DNA of 64,000 nucleotides, taken from an uncultured delta proteobacterium. Lineage in GTDB: Bacteria > Myxococcota_A > Polyangia > Palsa-1104. Made by a program: the position numbers and the translations under genes. The notes under the pieces are model-generated. The model was not told the DNA's origin and made no database searches. It worked only from the letters and a program-made list of their open reading frames with translations. The stretch spans positions 96,001-160,000 of the forward strand of contig CAWAWS010000015.1 in NCBI GenBank assembly GCA_963785725.1. The letters are read 5' to 3'. Positions 15,855 to 26,661 of the stretch are shown here, one piece after another (the stretch's first letter is position 1; every line of letters begins with the position of its first letter).

Positions 15855-18088
15855 CGCCGACGCAGCCACAGCGCCGCCAGCAGTAACAGCCCGAGCGGCC
15901 CCGCCGCTTCGCCTTTCCCATCCGCACCCGCCATCGCGCAGCCGCCCGCTCGGGCGGCATTTCCCGTCGCCGCTTCGCTGCCTAGATCGGGCGTCGCGCC
16001 GAGATCGAGCGCCAAGTCGGCGCCGGCCAAGTCGACCGGCAGCGACAGATCCGAGCCCGGCGGCGCCGCGGCGATGGGCACCGCGAACGTCGCCGTCGCC
16101 ATGACGACGAAGGGCGCGCGATCGTGGCTCGTCCACACCTGCATGAGATCGCTGCCGCGTGCGTTCGAGCTGTCGTTGGCGGCGAGAAAGTCGACGTAGT
16201 CCTTCGACATCGTCTGGTACACGAGCTGCGCCGAGACCGTCAGCGTGCCGCTCGCGTCCGGCGGCAGCGTCAGCGTGTAGGTCGTATCGTCCCAGTTGGG
16301 CAGCTTGCCGTTGGTCGCCGGATACAACGTCGCCGGCACCGGCGCCATCTCGTCGAAGTTGGCCGCGCTCGAGTCGAAGCCGCTCGGCGGAATGCGATTG
16401 TCGGCGTACACGATCTGATTGCGCACGAAGTGAAACTGCTGCGGATACGCCGTCGCAGCCGCGCCAGCGGCGCCCAGCTCGATCTCGTAAATCTTCAGCT
16501 GCGCGTCGCGCGTCAAGATGCCGGTGGTCGCGTCGTAGTCGCCCGAGTCGAGCAGCGTCTGCCCGTCGGTCGTCGTCGCCGTGACCATGAGCCACATGCG
16601 TCGCCCTTCGGGATAGCCGGTCGGCAGCTTGTGGCCGGTCTGGTTCGTCGTGCGCAGCGTGAAGCTGAAGGGCTGACCGGCGGCCGCGCTCGCGTTGCCG
16701 TCGCGACGGGTCAGCGTCGCCGCCGCCGCCAACATCGCCTGCGCGCTCGCCTGCGTGTTGTCGTATTCGGTGTAGCTGGCGGTGCCGTTGTTGACGAGCG
16801 CGTACAGCCACGCCGGGTCGGCGGCGCCGATGTCGCGCAAGACCGTCGGAATCCAGACGTTGCCGCCGGCCAAGATGTGCTGCGGCACGCCGCTGTGCGT
16901 AAGGCCTTGGCTGCCCGAGGCGGCGTCGAAGCAGACCGGCGTCGCCGTGTTGGCCGCGGCCATGTGGCAGCCTTGGCAGGCTTGGTCGAGCGCGCCGCCC
17001 GGTCGATAGTCGGACGCGGCCCACTCGCTGAACGTGCGCTCGATGGGCATCTTGTAGCCGCGATCGCTGCCGTCGCTGTTCAAGCGATCGAGGACGGGGT
17101 TGGTGACGTCGTGGCACAGCCCGCACAAGGTGCCTTCGCTCTGCAGCCCCGAATATTGACCGGGATGCGGATGCGTGTCGCCCGATTGCAGGCCGATCGT
17201 CGCGTACGGGCCGAAGCGGGTGGCGCGCGGGCTCAGCCAATCGGCATTGGTGCCCGACAACGTCGACAAGAGATAGTTGCCGCCGTAAAGGCGCGTCGCG
17301 TTGCCGGTCGGATCGAGGCGATGGCAGAGCGCGCACTGCACCCCTTCGGTGTCGTCGTAGACGTCCGCCGTCTCGCCGGCGCCGTTGGTGACGAGCTGCT
17401 CGTACGGCTCCGCGTGCGTGTCGCTCGACGACGGATGCATGCGAGCCGCCGGATTCTCGAAGTCGACGAGGCAGTAGCCGTTGGCGATGCGCTCGGGCGT
17501 CTCCGCGCAGAAGTCGCGGTTGGTCGGCGTCGTCGAGCAGTCGCCATTGGCGGCGAGGCAGCGGCAGAGATTGGGCGACGCCGGGTCGTAGCTGTTGCAC
17601 GGGTAGCGATTGGGATTGCTGGCGTCGGCGGTGGTCGCCTGCCCGCCGATGGTCGGCGGCGGATTCGCCTGCGTATGCCCGTCGAGGAAGCCGGCCGGCG
17701 AATGGCAGCGCAGACAATAATCGCCGCCGATGTAGTCGGGATCGCCCGGCAGCGGATCGCTCGGCGACGAGTCCTGGTTGGCGATGGCGAGCGCGGCGTA
17801 GAAGATCGGGTCGCGCGTGGCGTTGGCCATCATCGTGCCCTTCCAGCCGTTGCCGGGCCAGGCCGTCGAATTCTCGGACGTGTGGCACTCGACGCAATAG
17901 GCGGCGCGCTCGAGCTGCAGGCCGCCGACGGTCGTGCCGGCCACCAGCGGCGCGACCGGCAGCTGATTGTCGGCGCTGCCGAGGAGCGCGGCCGGGTAGG
18001 TGCGCGGCTGCGTGCCGGGCTGATAGACGTCGGCGCGCGCCACCGCGACACCGACGAACGACGACAGCAAGACCAGGGTAACGCGCAT
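15827..18088 (-). CDS. Secreted multiheme (5x CxxCH) cytochrome c with a MYXO-CTERM-like anchor
   Basis: Signal peptide; CVECH, CLRCH, CALCH, CGLCH, CQGCH; GHKLPTGYPEGRRMW; C-terminal GGCAMAG..LGLLLLAALWLRRR. Confidence 0.85.
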   Translation of the reverse strand: MRVTLVLLSSFVGVAVARADVYQPGTQPRTYPAALLGSADNQLPVAPLVAGTTVGGLQLERAAYCVECHTSENSTAWPGNGWKGTMMANATRDPIFYAALAIANQDSSPSDPLPGDPDYIGGDYCLRCHSPAGFLDGHTQANPPPTIGGQATTADASNPNRYPCNSYDPASPNLCRCLAANGDCSTTPTNRDFCAETPERIANGYCLVDFENPAARMHPSSSDTHAEPYEQLVTNGAGETADVYDDTEGVQCALCHRLDPTGNATRLYGGNYLLSTLSGTNADWLSPRATRFGPYATIGLQSGDTHPHPGQYSGLQSEGTLCGLCHDVTNPVLDRLNSDGSDRGYKMPIERTFSEWAASDYRPGGALDQACQGCHMAAANTATPVCFDAASGSQGLTHSGVPQHILAGGNVWIPTVLRDIGAADPAWLYALVNNGTASYTEYDNTQASAQAMLAAAATLTRRDGNASAAAGQPFSFTLRTTNQTGHKLPTGYPEGRRMWLMVTATTTDGQTLLDSGDYDATTGILTRDAQLKIYEIELGAAGAAATAYPQQFHFVRNQIVYADNRIPPSGFDSSAANFDEMAPVPATLYPATNGKLPNWDDTTYTLTLPPDASGTLTVSAQLVYQTMSKDYVDFLAANDSSNARGSDLMQVWTSHDRAPFVVMATATFAVPIAAAPPGSDLSLPVDLAGADLALDLGATPDLGSEAATGNAARAGGCAMAGADGKGEAAGPLGLLLLAALWLRRRYCHSMSST

Positions 18089-18253
18089 TACTGGGCTGTT
18101 TTATTGTCGCATCTTCGGCGGCCGTCTATCAAGCGCCGCCTGCAACTCTTCATCGGGAACGCGCAATCGACCAAAGCCTCATTGAATGCGAGCGCGCCGC
18201 GCATAGGTTTTACAGTGGTGACTTCCGGGCAGCTTCAGCCTCAGGTGCGACCG

Positions 18254-21221
18254 GTGACGCAGACGCAGTCGAGCGGCCTCTTCGCCGATGGCGGCGAGTG
18301 CGCAGCGCTCATGCGCGCCGTCGATTGGTCGCGCACGTCGCTCGGCGCCGTCGAGTCGTGGCCGGCCAGCGTGCGCGCGCTCGTGCCGGTGATGTTGGCC
18401 TCGCGCTTCGCCATGCGGCTCGTGTGGGGACCCGACCACACAATGCTCTACAACGACGCCTACCGGCCGATCTTGGGCGCGCGCAAACATCCGGCGGCGA
18501 TGGGCCGGCGCACGTCGGAGAGCTTCGCCGAAGTGTGGGACGTCGTCGGTCCGCTCTTCGGCCGCGTCTACAGCGGCGAGGCGGTCGGCCTCGACGATCT
18601 GCTGCTGCCGCTCGATCGCAACGGCTACCGCGAAGAGTGCTACTTCACGCTGTCGTACAGCCCCGTCTGCGACGACGGGGGCGCGGTCGGCGGCGTGCTC
18701 GGCGTCGTGCACGAGACGACCGAGCGCGTCTTGGCCGAGCGGCGCCTGCGCACCTTGCGCGACCTGGCCGGCGCGACGGCGCAGGCGGCTTCGGCCGACG
18801 ACGCCTGTCGCCTCGCCGGACAAGCGCTGGCGGCCAACGGCGCCGACGCGCCTTTCGCGCTCTTTTATCTGCTCGAGGCGCCGGGGCGCGCGCGGCTGAG
18901 CTGGCAAGTCGGGCTCGATGAGCGTGCCGACGTCGCCGCGCCCGTCGTCGACGTGACCGCGGACCGGCTCGGTCGCTGGCCGCTGGCCGCGTCGGGCCCG
19001 TCGGTCGTCGCCGACCTGGCGACGCGCTGGGACGGCCTCGTCGCCGGCCCGGCCAGCGCCTGCGCCGGCGAGCCGATGCGCGAAGCCGTCGTCCTCCGGC
19101 TCGATCGCGCCGGCTTCGGGGCGCTCGGCTTCCTCGTCGTCGGCGTCAATCCGCGCCGCGCCCTCGACGACGCCTATCGCACCTTCTTCGCCCTCATGAG
19201 CGAGCACGTCGTGGCGGCGCTGACCAACGGCCAAGCGCGCCGCGAGACCGAGCTGGCCCGCGTGCGGCTCTATTCGCAGTTCATGCAGGCGCCGGTCGCG
19301 GTGTCGGTCGTGAGCGGCGAGGACTTCGTCTACGACTTAGCGAACCCGCTCTACGAAGGCATGGTCGGACGACGCAACCTCACCGGTCGCACGATGGCGC
19401 AGGTCTTTCCCGAGCTGCCGCCCGATGCGCCGGTGTTCGCCATGCTGCGCGAGATCTATCGCAGCGGCCAGCCGTTCGCCGCCGAGGAATATGCGGTGCC
19501 GCTCGACGTCGGCGGCGGTCGCATCGAAGAGCGCGTCTTCAAGTTCACCTGCCAGCCGCTGCGCGACGCGGCCGGCGCCCTGTTCGGCATCATGACGGTG
19601 GCGCTCGACGTGACGGCGCAAGTGCGGGCGCGGCTGGAGCTCGCGGCGGCGCGCGGGCTCTTGGAGGCGGTGGTGGCGCAGATGCCGTCGGGCGTGCTCA
19701 TCGCCGACGCGGCGAGCGAGCGCGTCATCATCGTCAACGAGCAGCTGCGCCGCCTCTTCGGCGACGGCGCGGTGGCGCAAGGCGCGGGCGCGAGCGAGGC
19801 GGCGCAGCTCGTCGCCGCGCACGCCGACGGGCGGCCCTTGCAGCCGGACGAGCATCCGCTCCTGCGCGCGCTGGCCGGTGAGCGGCTGTTCGACGAGGAG
19901 CTGACCATCCCCGCCGCCGACGGCTCGCGCCGGGTCGTCTCGGCCAGCGCCGCGCCCGTCCGCGACGGCGAAGGGCGCATCATCGCCGCCGCTGCCACCT
20001 TCGCCGACGTCAGCGACCGCAAGCGCGAGGAGGAGCAGCGCCGGCAGCTGCTGACGCGCGAACGGGAGGCGCGCGCGGAAGCGGAGGTGGCCAGCCGCGC
20101 CAAGGACGAGTTCTTGGCCATGCTCGGGCACGAGCTGCGCAACCCGCTGGCGCCGATCCTGACGGCGTTGCAGCTCTTGCGCATGCGCCATCCCGATGCG
20201 GGCGAGCGCGAGCGCGGCATCATCGAGCGGCAGGTCGATCACGTGTGCCGGCTCGTCGACGACCTGCTCGACGTCGCGCGCATCCGTCAAGGTCGCATCA
20301 CGCTGCAGCGCGAGCGCATCGAGGTCTACGCCGCGGTGGCCAAGGCGATCGAGATGGCCAGCCCGCTCGTCGAGCCCAAGCGGCACACGCTGGCGCTCGA
20401 CGTCGCGCACACCGGCCTACTCGTCGACGGCGATCTCGACGCGGCTGGCGCAGATCGTCTACAACCTCGTCGCCAACGCCGCGAAATATACCGAGCCGGG
20501 CGGGCGCATCGAGGTCGTGGTCTCGCGCCGCGACGCGCATATCGTGCTGTGCGTGCGCGACAACGGCATCGGGCTGTCGGACGAGGTCAAGCCGCGGCTC
20601 TTCGAGTCCTTCGTGCAAGAGCGGCAGGCGCTCGACCGCGCGCAAGGCGGGCTCGGCCTCGGCCTCAGCATCGTGCGCAGCTTGGTGGTGATGCACGGCG
20701 GCCAGGTGTTCGCGCGCAGCGAAGGCGCCGGCCGCGGCTCCGAGTTCATCGTGCGCCTGCCCGCCGCCGACCTGCGCCAGCCGGCGCCGACGCCGCCGCG
20801 CGGCCTGCCGCTCTTGCCGACTGGGGCGGCGACGGCGGCGCGACGGCGCATCCTCATCGTCGACGACAACGTCGATGCCGCCGACCTCCTGCGCGACGTG
20901 CTCGCCTCGTTCGGCCACGACGTGACCGTGGCCCACGACGGCCCGACGGCGCTGCCGCTGGCGGCGGCGACCGCCTTCGACCTGGCGCTGCTCGACATCG
21001 GCCTGCCGGTCATGGACGGCTACGAGCTGGCGCAGCAGCTCCGCCGACTGCCGGGCCGCGGCGACTGCAAGCTCATCGCCGTCACCGGCTACGGCCAAGA
21101 CGCCGATCGCCGCCGCGCGCTGCAGGTCGGCTTCGATCGCCACCTCGTCAAGCCGGTGCGCGTCGAAGAGCTGCAGCACGTCCTCGACGGGCTGTTCGCG
21201 CCGGCCGCGACGATCGCGTAG
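18254..21221 (+). CDS. Hybrid sensor histidine kinase PAS-GAF-PAS-PAS-HisKA-HATPase-REC, with a +1 frameshift at ~20435 (start could be 18215)
   Basis: DWSRTSLG..WP, EECYFTLSYSP, KDEFLAMLGHELRNPL in one frame; TRLAQIVYNLVANAAKYT, DNGIG, GGLGLGL, LLDIGLP in the next frame; junction GAT CTC G ACG CGG. Confidence 0.88.
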
Positions 21222-21345
21222 CCGGCCGCCGGCGCCGAGCGTCCTCGCGCGGCACCCGTAAAAGCCGCCGCCGGCGCGACGACATATTGCCGCAGCGCCG
21301 CTTTTTGGTTGTTAGTTATTAGGTAATTCAGTTTACAATGACCTC

Positions 21346-22332
21346 GTGCGAGGCCTTTGTCTGCTGCTCCTGGTTTCGGCTGCCGCCTCGGCCGATCCGG
21401 TGCGGCTGCGCGTCGCCACCATCGCGCCCGACGGCTCCGCCTGGTCGCGCGAGATGCGCGCCATGAGCCGCGACGTGCTCGCGCAGACCAACGGCAACGT
21501 CGAGCTGCGCTGGTACTTCGACGGCATCGCCGGCGACGAGGAGCAAGTGGTCGAGCGCATCGCCAAAGGGCAGCTCGAAGGCGTCGGCGCCGGCATCGTG
21601 TGCACGCGCCTCGCGCCGTCGTTGCGCATCCTGCGCGTGCCCGGCATGTTCGGCAATTGGGCCGAATCGCTCTACGTCATGAGCCGCCTGCGCCCGCGCG
21701 TCGCCGCCGAGTTCGAGGCGCACGGTTACGTCAGCCTCGGCGAAGGCGGCTTCGGCAACGACCTCGTCTTCTCGAATACGCCGGTGACGACCTTGGCGCA
21801 GCTGCAGAAGGGCCGCTTCGGCTTTTGGAACATCGACGACGTCATGCGCGAGGCGCTGCCTCTGGCCGGCATGCACGCCGTGCCGGTGCGCATCGCCGAG
21901 GCGCGCGCCGCCTTCGAGCGCGGCGACATCGACGGCATCATCACCATGCCTTCGCCGGCGCTGGCGTTTCAGTTCTCGTCGGTGGCGCGCTATTACTCGG
22001 AGCTGCCGCTGGCGTTCATGCCGGCGTGCCTGCTCATCGCGCGCAGCGCCTTCGACGCGCTGTCGATCGACGATCAGCGCGTGCTGCGCGCGGCCGGCGC
22101 CAAGTTTCAGGCGCGCATCAACGATCTCGGCCGCGAGCAGGACGGGCGGCTGATGGGCGGCCTGTTCGAGCATCAAGGGCTGCACAAGCTGCCGCCGAGC
22201 GAGCTCTTTCGCAGCGAGTTCTTCGCCATGGCGCAGAAGGTTCGCGCCGATCTCGACCACAACCTGGTGCCGCCGAGCCTGATGGAGCTGGTCTTGCGCT
22301 GGCTGGCCGACTACCGCGCGGAGAACCGCTGA
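21346..22332 (+). CDS. dctP: TRAP-type substrate-binding protein, DctP family
   Basis: Signal peptide; LRVATIAPDGSAW, G..GDEEQV..I..GQLEG, GDIDG. Confidence 0.8.
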   Translation: MRGLCLLLLVSAAASADPVRLRVATIAPDGSAWSREMRAMSRDVLAQTNGNVELRWYFDGIAGDEEQVVERIAKGQLEGVGAGIVCTRLAPSLRILRVPGMFGNWAESLYVMSRLRPRVAAEFEAHGYVSLGEGGFGNDLVFSNTPVTTLAQLQKGRFGFWNIDDVMREALPLAGMHAVPVRIAEARAAFERGDIDGIITMPSPALAFQFSSVARYYSELPLAFMPACLLIARSAFDALSIDDQRVLRAAGAKFQARINDLGREQDGRLMGGLFEHQGLHKLPPSELFRSEFFAMAQKVRADLDHNLVPPSLMELVLRWLADYRAENR

Positions 22333-22458
22333 GCGTCCGTCGGCGCGCGACGTGTGCCGGTGTGCCGCCTTGACCGACGTTGGCGACGACGATTGTTGGG
22401 GACGATCGTGCTGACTAAGCGGTAAAATGGGGCGCGCGCGATTCACGTGAGGAGGGGG

Positions 22459-23460
22459 ATGAGCGGTATGCGCTGGGTGGGCCTCGGCATCATCGGCATC
22501 ATCACGATGCTGGGCTTCGGCGCCGTCGCCGAGGAGCCCAACATCGTCTTGCGCATGGCGACGCAGGCGCCCGACGGCACCGAGTGGGCGCGCGAGTCGC
22601 GCGCCTTCGCGCAGGACGTCGAGGACGCCACGCAAGGCTCGCTGCGCATCAAGTGGTACTTCAGCGGCATCGCCGGCACCGAGTTCGACGAGCTCGAGCG
22701 CATGCGCCGCGGTCAGCTCGACGGCATGGCCGGCGCGCTCTACTGCGAGCACCTGGCGCCGTCCTTGTACGCGATGGAGATGCTGGGCATGGTGCACACG
22801 CAGCAAGAGGCGGCGTCGCTCCTGCACGAGCTCTTGCCCATCGTCGACAAAGAGCTGGCGGCGACGCAGTTTCGCGCGCTCTTCGTCAGCCTCGGCTTCG
22901 GCCACCGCGTGCTCTTCTCGCGCAATCCCGTGCGCAGCATGGCCGACCTGCGCCAAGGTCACTACTGGGTCTGGGATCTCGACGACGTCCTGCGCAAGCA
23001 GCTGCAGGAGATGGGCGTGCACGTCGTGCCGTTGTCGCTCGGCGAAGCGCGCCACGCCTACGAGCAGCACGAGATCGACGGCTTCTTCGTCATCCCGCAG
23101 GGCGCGCTCGCGTTCCAGTATTCGAGCATCGCGCACTATTACACCGATCTCGAGACCGGCTATTTGCCGGGCTGCGTCGTCATGAAGACGTCGTCGATCG
23201 ATCAGATTCCCTACGCGCACCAGCTGTCGCTCATGGCCGCCGCCGGCAAGCTCAAGGCGCGCTTCGAGGACACCGGGCTGCGCATGGACGAGCAGCTCAT
23301 GCACACCCTGTTCATCAAGCAGGGCCTGGAAGCGGTGCCGATGAGCGCCGCCTTCCGCGACGAGTGGTTCAAAGAGGGCCGCGCCGTCTACCAGCGTCTG
23401 CGCGAGCAGCTGGTGCCGTCGGTCGCCGGCCGCTCGCTCCTGGAAACGCCGCGCAAGTAG
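22459..23460 (+). CDS. dctP: TRAP-type substrate-binding protein, DctP family (paralogue of the upstream gene)
   Basis: GAGGAG RBS; LRMATQAPDGTEW, KWYFSGIAG, GQLDG, ALAFQYSS shared with the neighbour. Confidence 0.8.
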   Translation: MSGMRWVGLGIIGIITMLGFGAVAEEPNIVLRMATQAPDGTEWARESRAFAQDVEDATQGSLRIKWYFSGIAGTEFDELERMRRGQLDGMAGALYCEHLAPSLYAMEMLGMVHTQQEAASLLHELLPIVDKELAATQFRALFVSLGFGHRVLFSRNPVRSMADLRQGHYWVWDLDDVLRKQLQEMGVHVVPLSLGEARHAYEQHEIDGFFVIPQGALAFQYSSIAHYYTDLETGYLPGCVVMKTSSIDQIPYAHQLSLMAAAGKLKARFEDTGLRMDEQLMHTLFIKQGLEAVPMSAAFRDEWFKEGRAVYQRLREQLVPSVAGRSLLETPRK

Positions 23461-23468
23461 CCGCGTTC

Positions 23469-23488
23469 GATCTAAGTAAGCTTAGATC
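23469..23488. repeat. Perfect 8-bp inverted repeat GATCTAAG-TAAG-CTTAGATC between convergent genes (possible terminator or binding site)
   Basis: Read directly; AT-rich stem with no clear U-tract. Confidence 0.4.
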
Positions 23489-23533
23489 AGCAAGCTTATA
23501 TACCGATGTTGAGTGGGCGCGAAGCGGCGGGCG

Positions 23534-24607
23534 CTAACGGGCTTCTTTGACGGCGCGGTTGCGGCCGCGCTTCTTGGCGCCGTAGAGCGCGGCGTCGGCG
23601 CGCGCCAAGAGCGTCGCGGCCGTGTCGTCGGCGCGCCAGGCGGCGACGCCGATGCTGACGGTGAACTTGACCTTGTCGCCCGACTCGAGCGCGTAGAGCC
23701 GCTCGGCTTGCGTCTTACAGATGTTCGTCGCCTTGGCCATCGCCGGCTTGAGCGGCGCGCCCGGCAGGATGAGCGCGAACTCCTCGCCGCCGTAGCGCGC
23801 CACGAGGTCGTTGGCGCGCGTCATCTCGCGCAGCGTCTGCACGAGGCCGATGAGCGCGCGATCGCCGATGGGATGGCCGTGCGTGTCGTTGAACTGCTTG
23901 AAGTGGTCGACGTCGACGAGCATGAGCGCGAAGCCGGGCCCGCCCAGCGCCGCGCGCTCCGACAGGTCGCGCATGCAGCGGTCGAAGGCGAGGCGATTGG
24001 CCGCCGTCGTCAAGCCGTCGCGCAGCGCCTCTTTCTTGGCCGCCTCGACGTCCGACTGCAAGACGGCCACCTCGCGCTTCAAGCTCTCCATGCGCGCCGC
24101 TTCCTGCTCCTGCTTTTCGCGCACGGTCGCCCGCAGCTGACCGACCTCGGAGTGCAGCTCTTGGCGCACGCGGCGCAAGTCGTCGAGCTGCGACAGCCGC
24201 TCCAAGTTCATGCTGCGCTGCTGCAGCCGCTGGTGAAACGAGGCGTTCTCCTTGTCCACCGTCGACAACCCATCGGTGAGCAGGCTGATGATCTGGCGGA
24301 ATTCGGCGTCGCGATCGCCCAAGTTGCGCTTGATGCGGGCGGCGAAGTCGAACACCTCGTCGCGGCTCTCGGCCAGCTGATCCTTGATCTCGGGCGGCAT
24401 CGGCTCGGCCTGCAGCGCGTCACCGACGAGGTCGAGGTTGCGCTTGAGCGTCTCGGCGCCGATCTCGTCGACGTCGAGCGCCAGCTCCTTCATGCACGAC
24501 AAGAAGCCGCGCGCCGCCTCGACCAACAGCGCTTCGCGTCCGCGCAGCCGCTTGATCTCGGGACCTAGCGCCACCTGAGGCGGACGTCTCCGCTGAAAAA
24601 TTTTCAC
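23534..24607 (-). CDS. Diguanylate cyclase (coiled-coil + GGDEF)
   Basis: DGLT..ANR, DVDHFKQFNDTHGHPIGD, RAND I-site, RYGGEEF, ADAALY.AK..GRNR. Confidence 0.93.
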   Translation of the reverse strand: MKIFQRRRPPQVALGPEIKRLRGREALLVEAARGFLSCMKELALDVDEIGAETLKRNLDLVGDALQAEPMPPEIKDQLAESRDEVFDFAARIKRNLGDRDAEFRQIISLLTDGLSTVDKENASFHQRLQQRSMNLERLSQLDDLRRVRQELHSEVGQLRATVREKQEQEAARMESLKREVAVLQSDVEAAKKEALRDGLTTAANRLAFDRCMRDLSERAALGGPGFALMLVDVDHFKQFNDTHGHPIGDRALIGLVQTLREMTRANDLVARYGGEEFALILPGAPLKPAMAKATNICKTQAERLYALESGDKVKFTVSIGVAAWRADDTAATLLARADAALYGAKKRGRNRAVKEAR

Positions 24608-24750
24608 GATACAGATCCAATCGAGCCGACCGCGTGTGACTTGAGCGCCTATCTGTAAGTCCTTGTGTCAGTAGCGGTTGCGTGACGGGGAATGCAACGG
24701 GCGTCACGGTTTTTTCTTTACTGTCGGGCGCCATCTTCTATGCTGCGCCA

Positions 24751-26661
24751 GTGACGCAGTCGCGCGGCTTGGCAATCGGCGACAGCGTCGGCAAGTACCG
24801 CATCACCGACAAGATCGGCCAAGGCGGCATGGGCGAGGTCTTCGGCGCCGTGCACGACGGGCTCGGTCGCGACGTCGCCGTGAAGGTCCTGCGCGCCCGC
24901 TTCGCCGACGACGAGCAGCTCCTCGCCCGCTTTTGGCAGGAGGCCGAGGCCGTCTCGCGCATCGGCCACGCCAACATCGTCTCCGTCTACGACTTCGGGC
25001 GCACCGAGGCCGGCGAATCCTATTACGTCATGGAGCGCATCGCCGGCGAGAGCTTGGCCGCGCGCCTGCGCCGGGAGCCGTCGCCGTCGCCGGCCGAGAT
25101 CGACGCCATCTTCGGGCAGATCTGCCGCGCGCTCGCGGCCGTGCACGCGCGCGGCATCATCCACCGCGACTTGAAGCCCGACAACGTGCTCCTGCAGACG
25201 CAGCCGAGCGGCTGGCCGCACGTCAAAGTGGTCGACTTCGGCGTGGCCAAGGTGCGCGGCACGACGCTCGGGCAGGCGCCGGGAAATTTGACGGCTGCGG
25301 GCACGTTGTTGGGCACGCCGGCCTATATGGCGCCCGAGCAGATCATGGCGGCGCAGCACGTCGATGGCCGCGCCGACGTCTATTCCTTGGGCGCGATGCT
25401 CTATCAAGCGCTGACCGGCGCGCCGCCGTTCGTGGGCGAGGAGCTGGCGGTGCTGATGGCGCACGTGCGCGACGACGTGGCCGCGCCGTCGACGAAGCGG
25501 CCGGGCATCGCGCCGGCGATGGACGCGCTGGTGCTGCGCGCGCTGGCCAAGGAGCCGGAGAAGCGGCCTCCCGACGCGGGCGCGTTCGCGGCCGAGCTGC
25601 ACGCCGTCGTCGTCAGCGCGACCGCCGCGCCGGCGCCGCCGCTGACGCCGGCGCCGGCGAAGTCGTCGCGACGGCTGGGCGCGTTCGTCGTCGGCGGCGC
25701 CGCCGTCATCGCCGCGATCGGCCTCGGCTGGCGCGCGCGGCGAACGCCTACGGCGCCGGCGATTCCGACGATCGCGGCGCCGGCGAAGCGGACCAGCCCC
25801 GAGCGCGGACGGCAGCTGATGGAAGCGGCGTTGGCGGGCGAGCCGGTCGATCGGCGCGCGGCCTTGTTGGCGATCGCTCAATTGCACGCGCGGCGCGGCC
25901 TCGACGCCGTCACGCGCGCGCTCGGCGACGGCGAGCCGGAAGTGCGCCGCGCGGCCGCGGAGGGCGCGCGCGCCATCGGTCAGCCGAGCGACGGCGCGCT
26001 GCGAGCGGCGTTGGCGCAGGCGGCGGAGGCGTCGGGCGGCTCGCTGGCGCTCGACATCGCCGTCGCCCGCGCCGCGCTCGGCGACGACGGCGTGCTCGAC
26101 GAGCTCAACCGCGCGCGGGCCTCGACCGACGCGAGCACGCACCTGAAGGCGACGCTGGCGCTGGCCGATCGCAAGAAGCTGCCCCCGTCCGAGCTGCACG
26201 CCGCGCTCGCCGTCGCGCCCGCGACCCGACGCGCGCTGCGCTGGGACGCGTACGCCACGCTCTATCGCCTCGGGGACGCCGGCTTTCGCGCCGAGCTGTT
26301 GGCGGCGCTCGCCGGTGAGGACGATCGCGCGGCGCTCGACGCCGCCGTGACGCTGGCCGCGGCGGGCGACGCGCGCGGCCGGCAAGCGCTGGCGACGCTG
26401 GCCAAGAGCGACGACGCCACCGTGCACGCCGAGGCCGAGGCGCAGCTGGCCGAAGCCGGCGACGCGGCCGCGCGCGACGTCGTCACCTTGCGGCTCGGCG
26501 GTCGCGACGTGGCGGCGCGGCAGCGCGCGGCGTTGGCGCTGGCTCGGCTGGCGCAGAAGAGCGGCGACGGCGGCGCGCTGGCGGCGTTGGCGCGCGCGCT
26601 CGGCGACGACGATCGCGTCGTGCGTCTGACCGCCGCCGCCGCATTCTGGAGCGTCTCGTGA
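24751..26661 (+). CDS. Membrane Ser/Thr protein kinase with C-terminal HEAT-like repeats
   Basis: GQGGMG, VAVK, HRDLKPDN, DFG, GTPAYMAPE; TM segment; Ala/Leu-rich ALGD..P.VR..AA repeats. Start chosen at GTG 24751, 6 nt after TATGCT. Confidence 0.9.
   Translation: MTQSRGLAIGDSVGKYRITDKIGQGGMGEVFGAVHDGLGRDVAVKVLRARFADDEQLLARFWQEAEAVSRIGHANIVSVYDFGRTEAGESYYVMERIAGESLAARLRREPSPSPAEIDAIFGQICRALAAVHARGIIHRDLKPDNVLLQTQPSGWPHVKVVDFGVAKVRGTTLGQAPGNLTAAGTLLGTPAYMAPEQIMAAQHVDGRADVYSLGAMLYQALTGAPPFVGEELAVLMAHVRDDVAAPSTKRPGIAPAMDALVLRALAKEPEKRPPDAGAFAAELHAVVVSATAAPAPPLTPAPAKSSRRLGAFVVGGAAVIAAIGLGWRARRTPTAPAIPTIAAPAKRTSPERGRQLMEAALAGEPVDRRAALLAIAQLHARRGLDAVTRALGDGEPEVRRAAAEGARAIGQPSDGALRAALAQAAEASGGSLALDIAVARAALGDDGVLDELNRARASTDASTHLKATLALADRKKLPPSELHAALAVAPATRRALRWDAYATLYRLGDAGFRAELLAALAGEDDRAALDAAVTLAAAGDARGRQALATLAKSDDATVHAEAEAQLAEAGDAAARDVVTLRLGGRDVAARQRAALALARLAQKSGDGGALAALARALGDDDRVVRLTAAAAFWSVS

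Noticed and set aside
20425..20445. Programmed ribosomal frameshift in the hybrid kinase
   Set aside because: No slippery heptamer or homopolymer; the shift falls inside the HATPase domain; similar indels occur in three other genes.
16124..21322. 1732-aa ORF suggesting a giant protein
   Set aside because: It is the antisense shadow of the cytochrome gene, then the real kinase frame, then out-of-frame read-through after the indel at ~20435.
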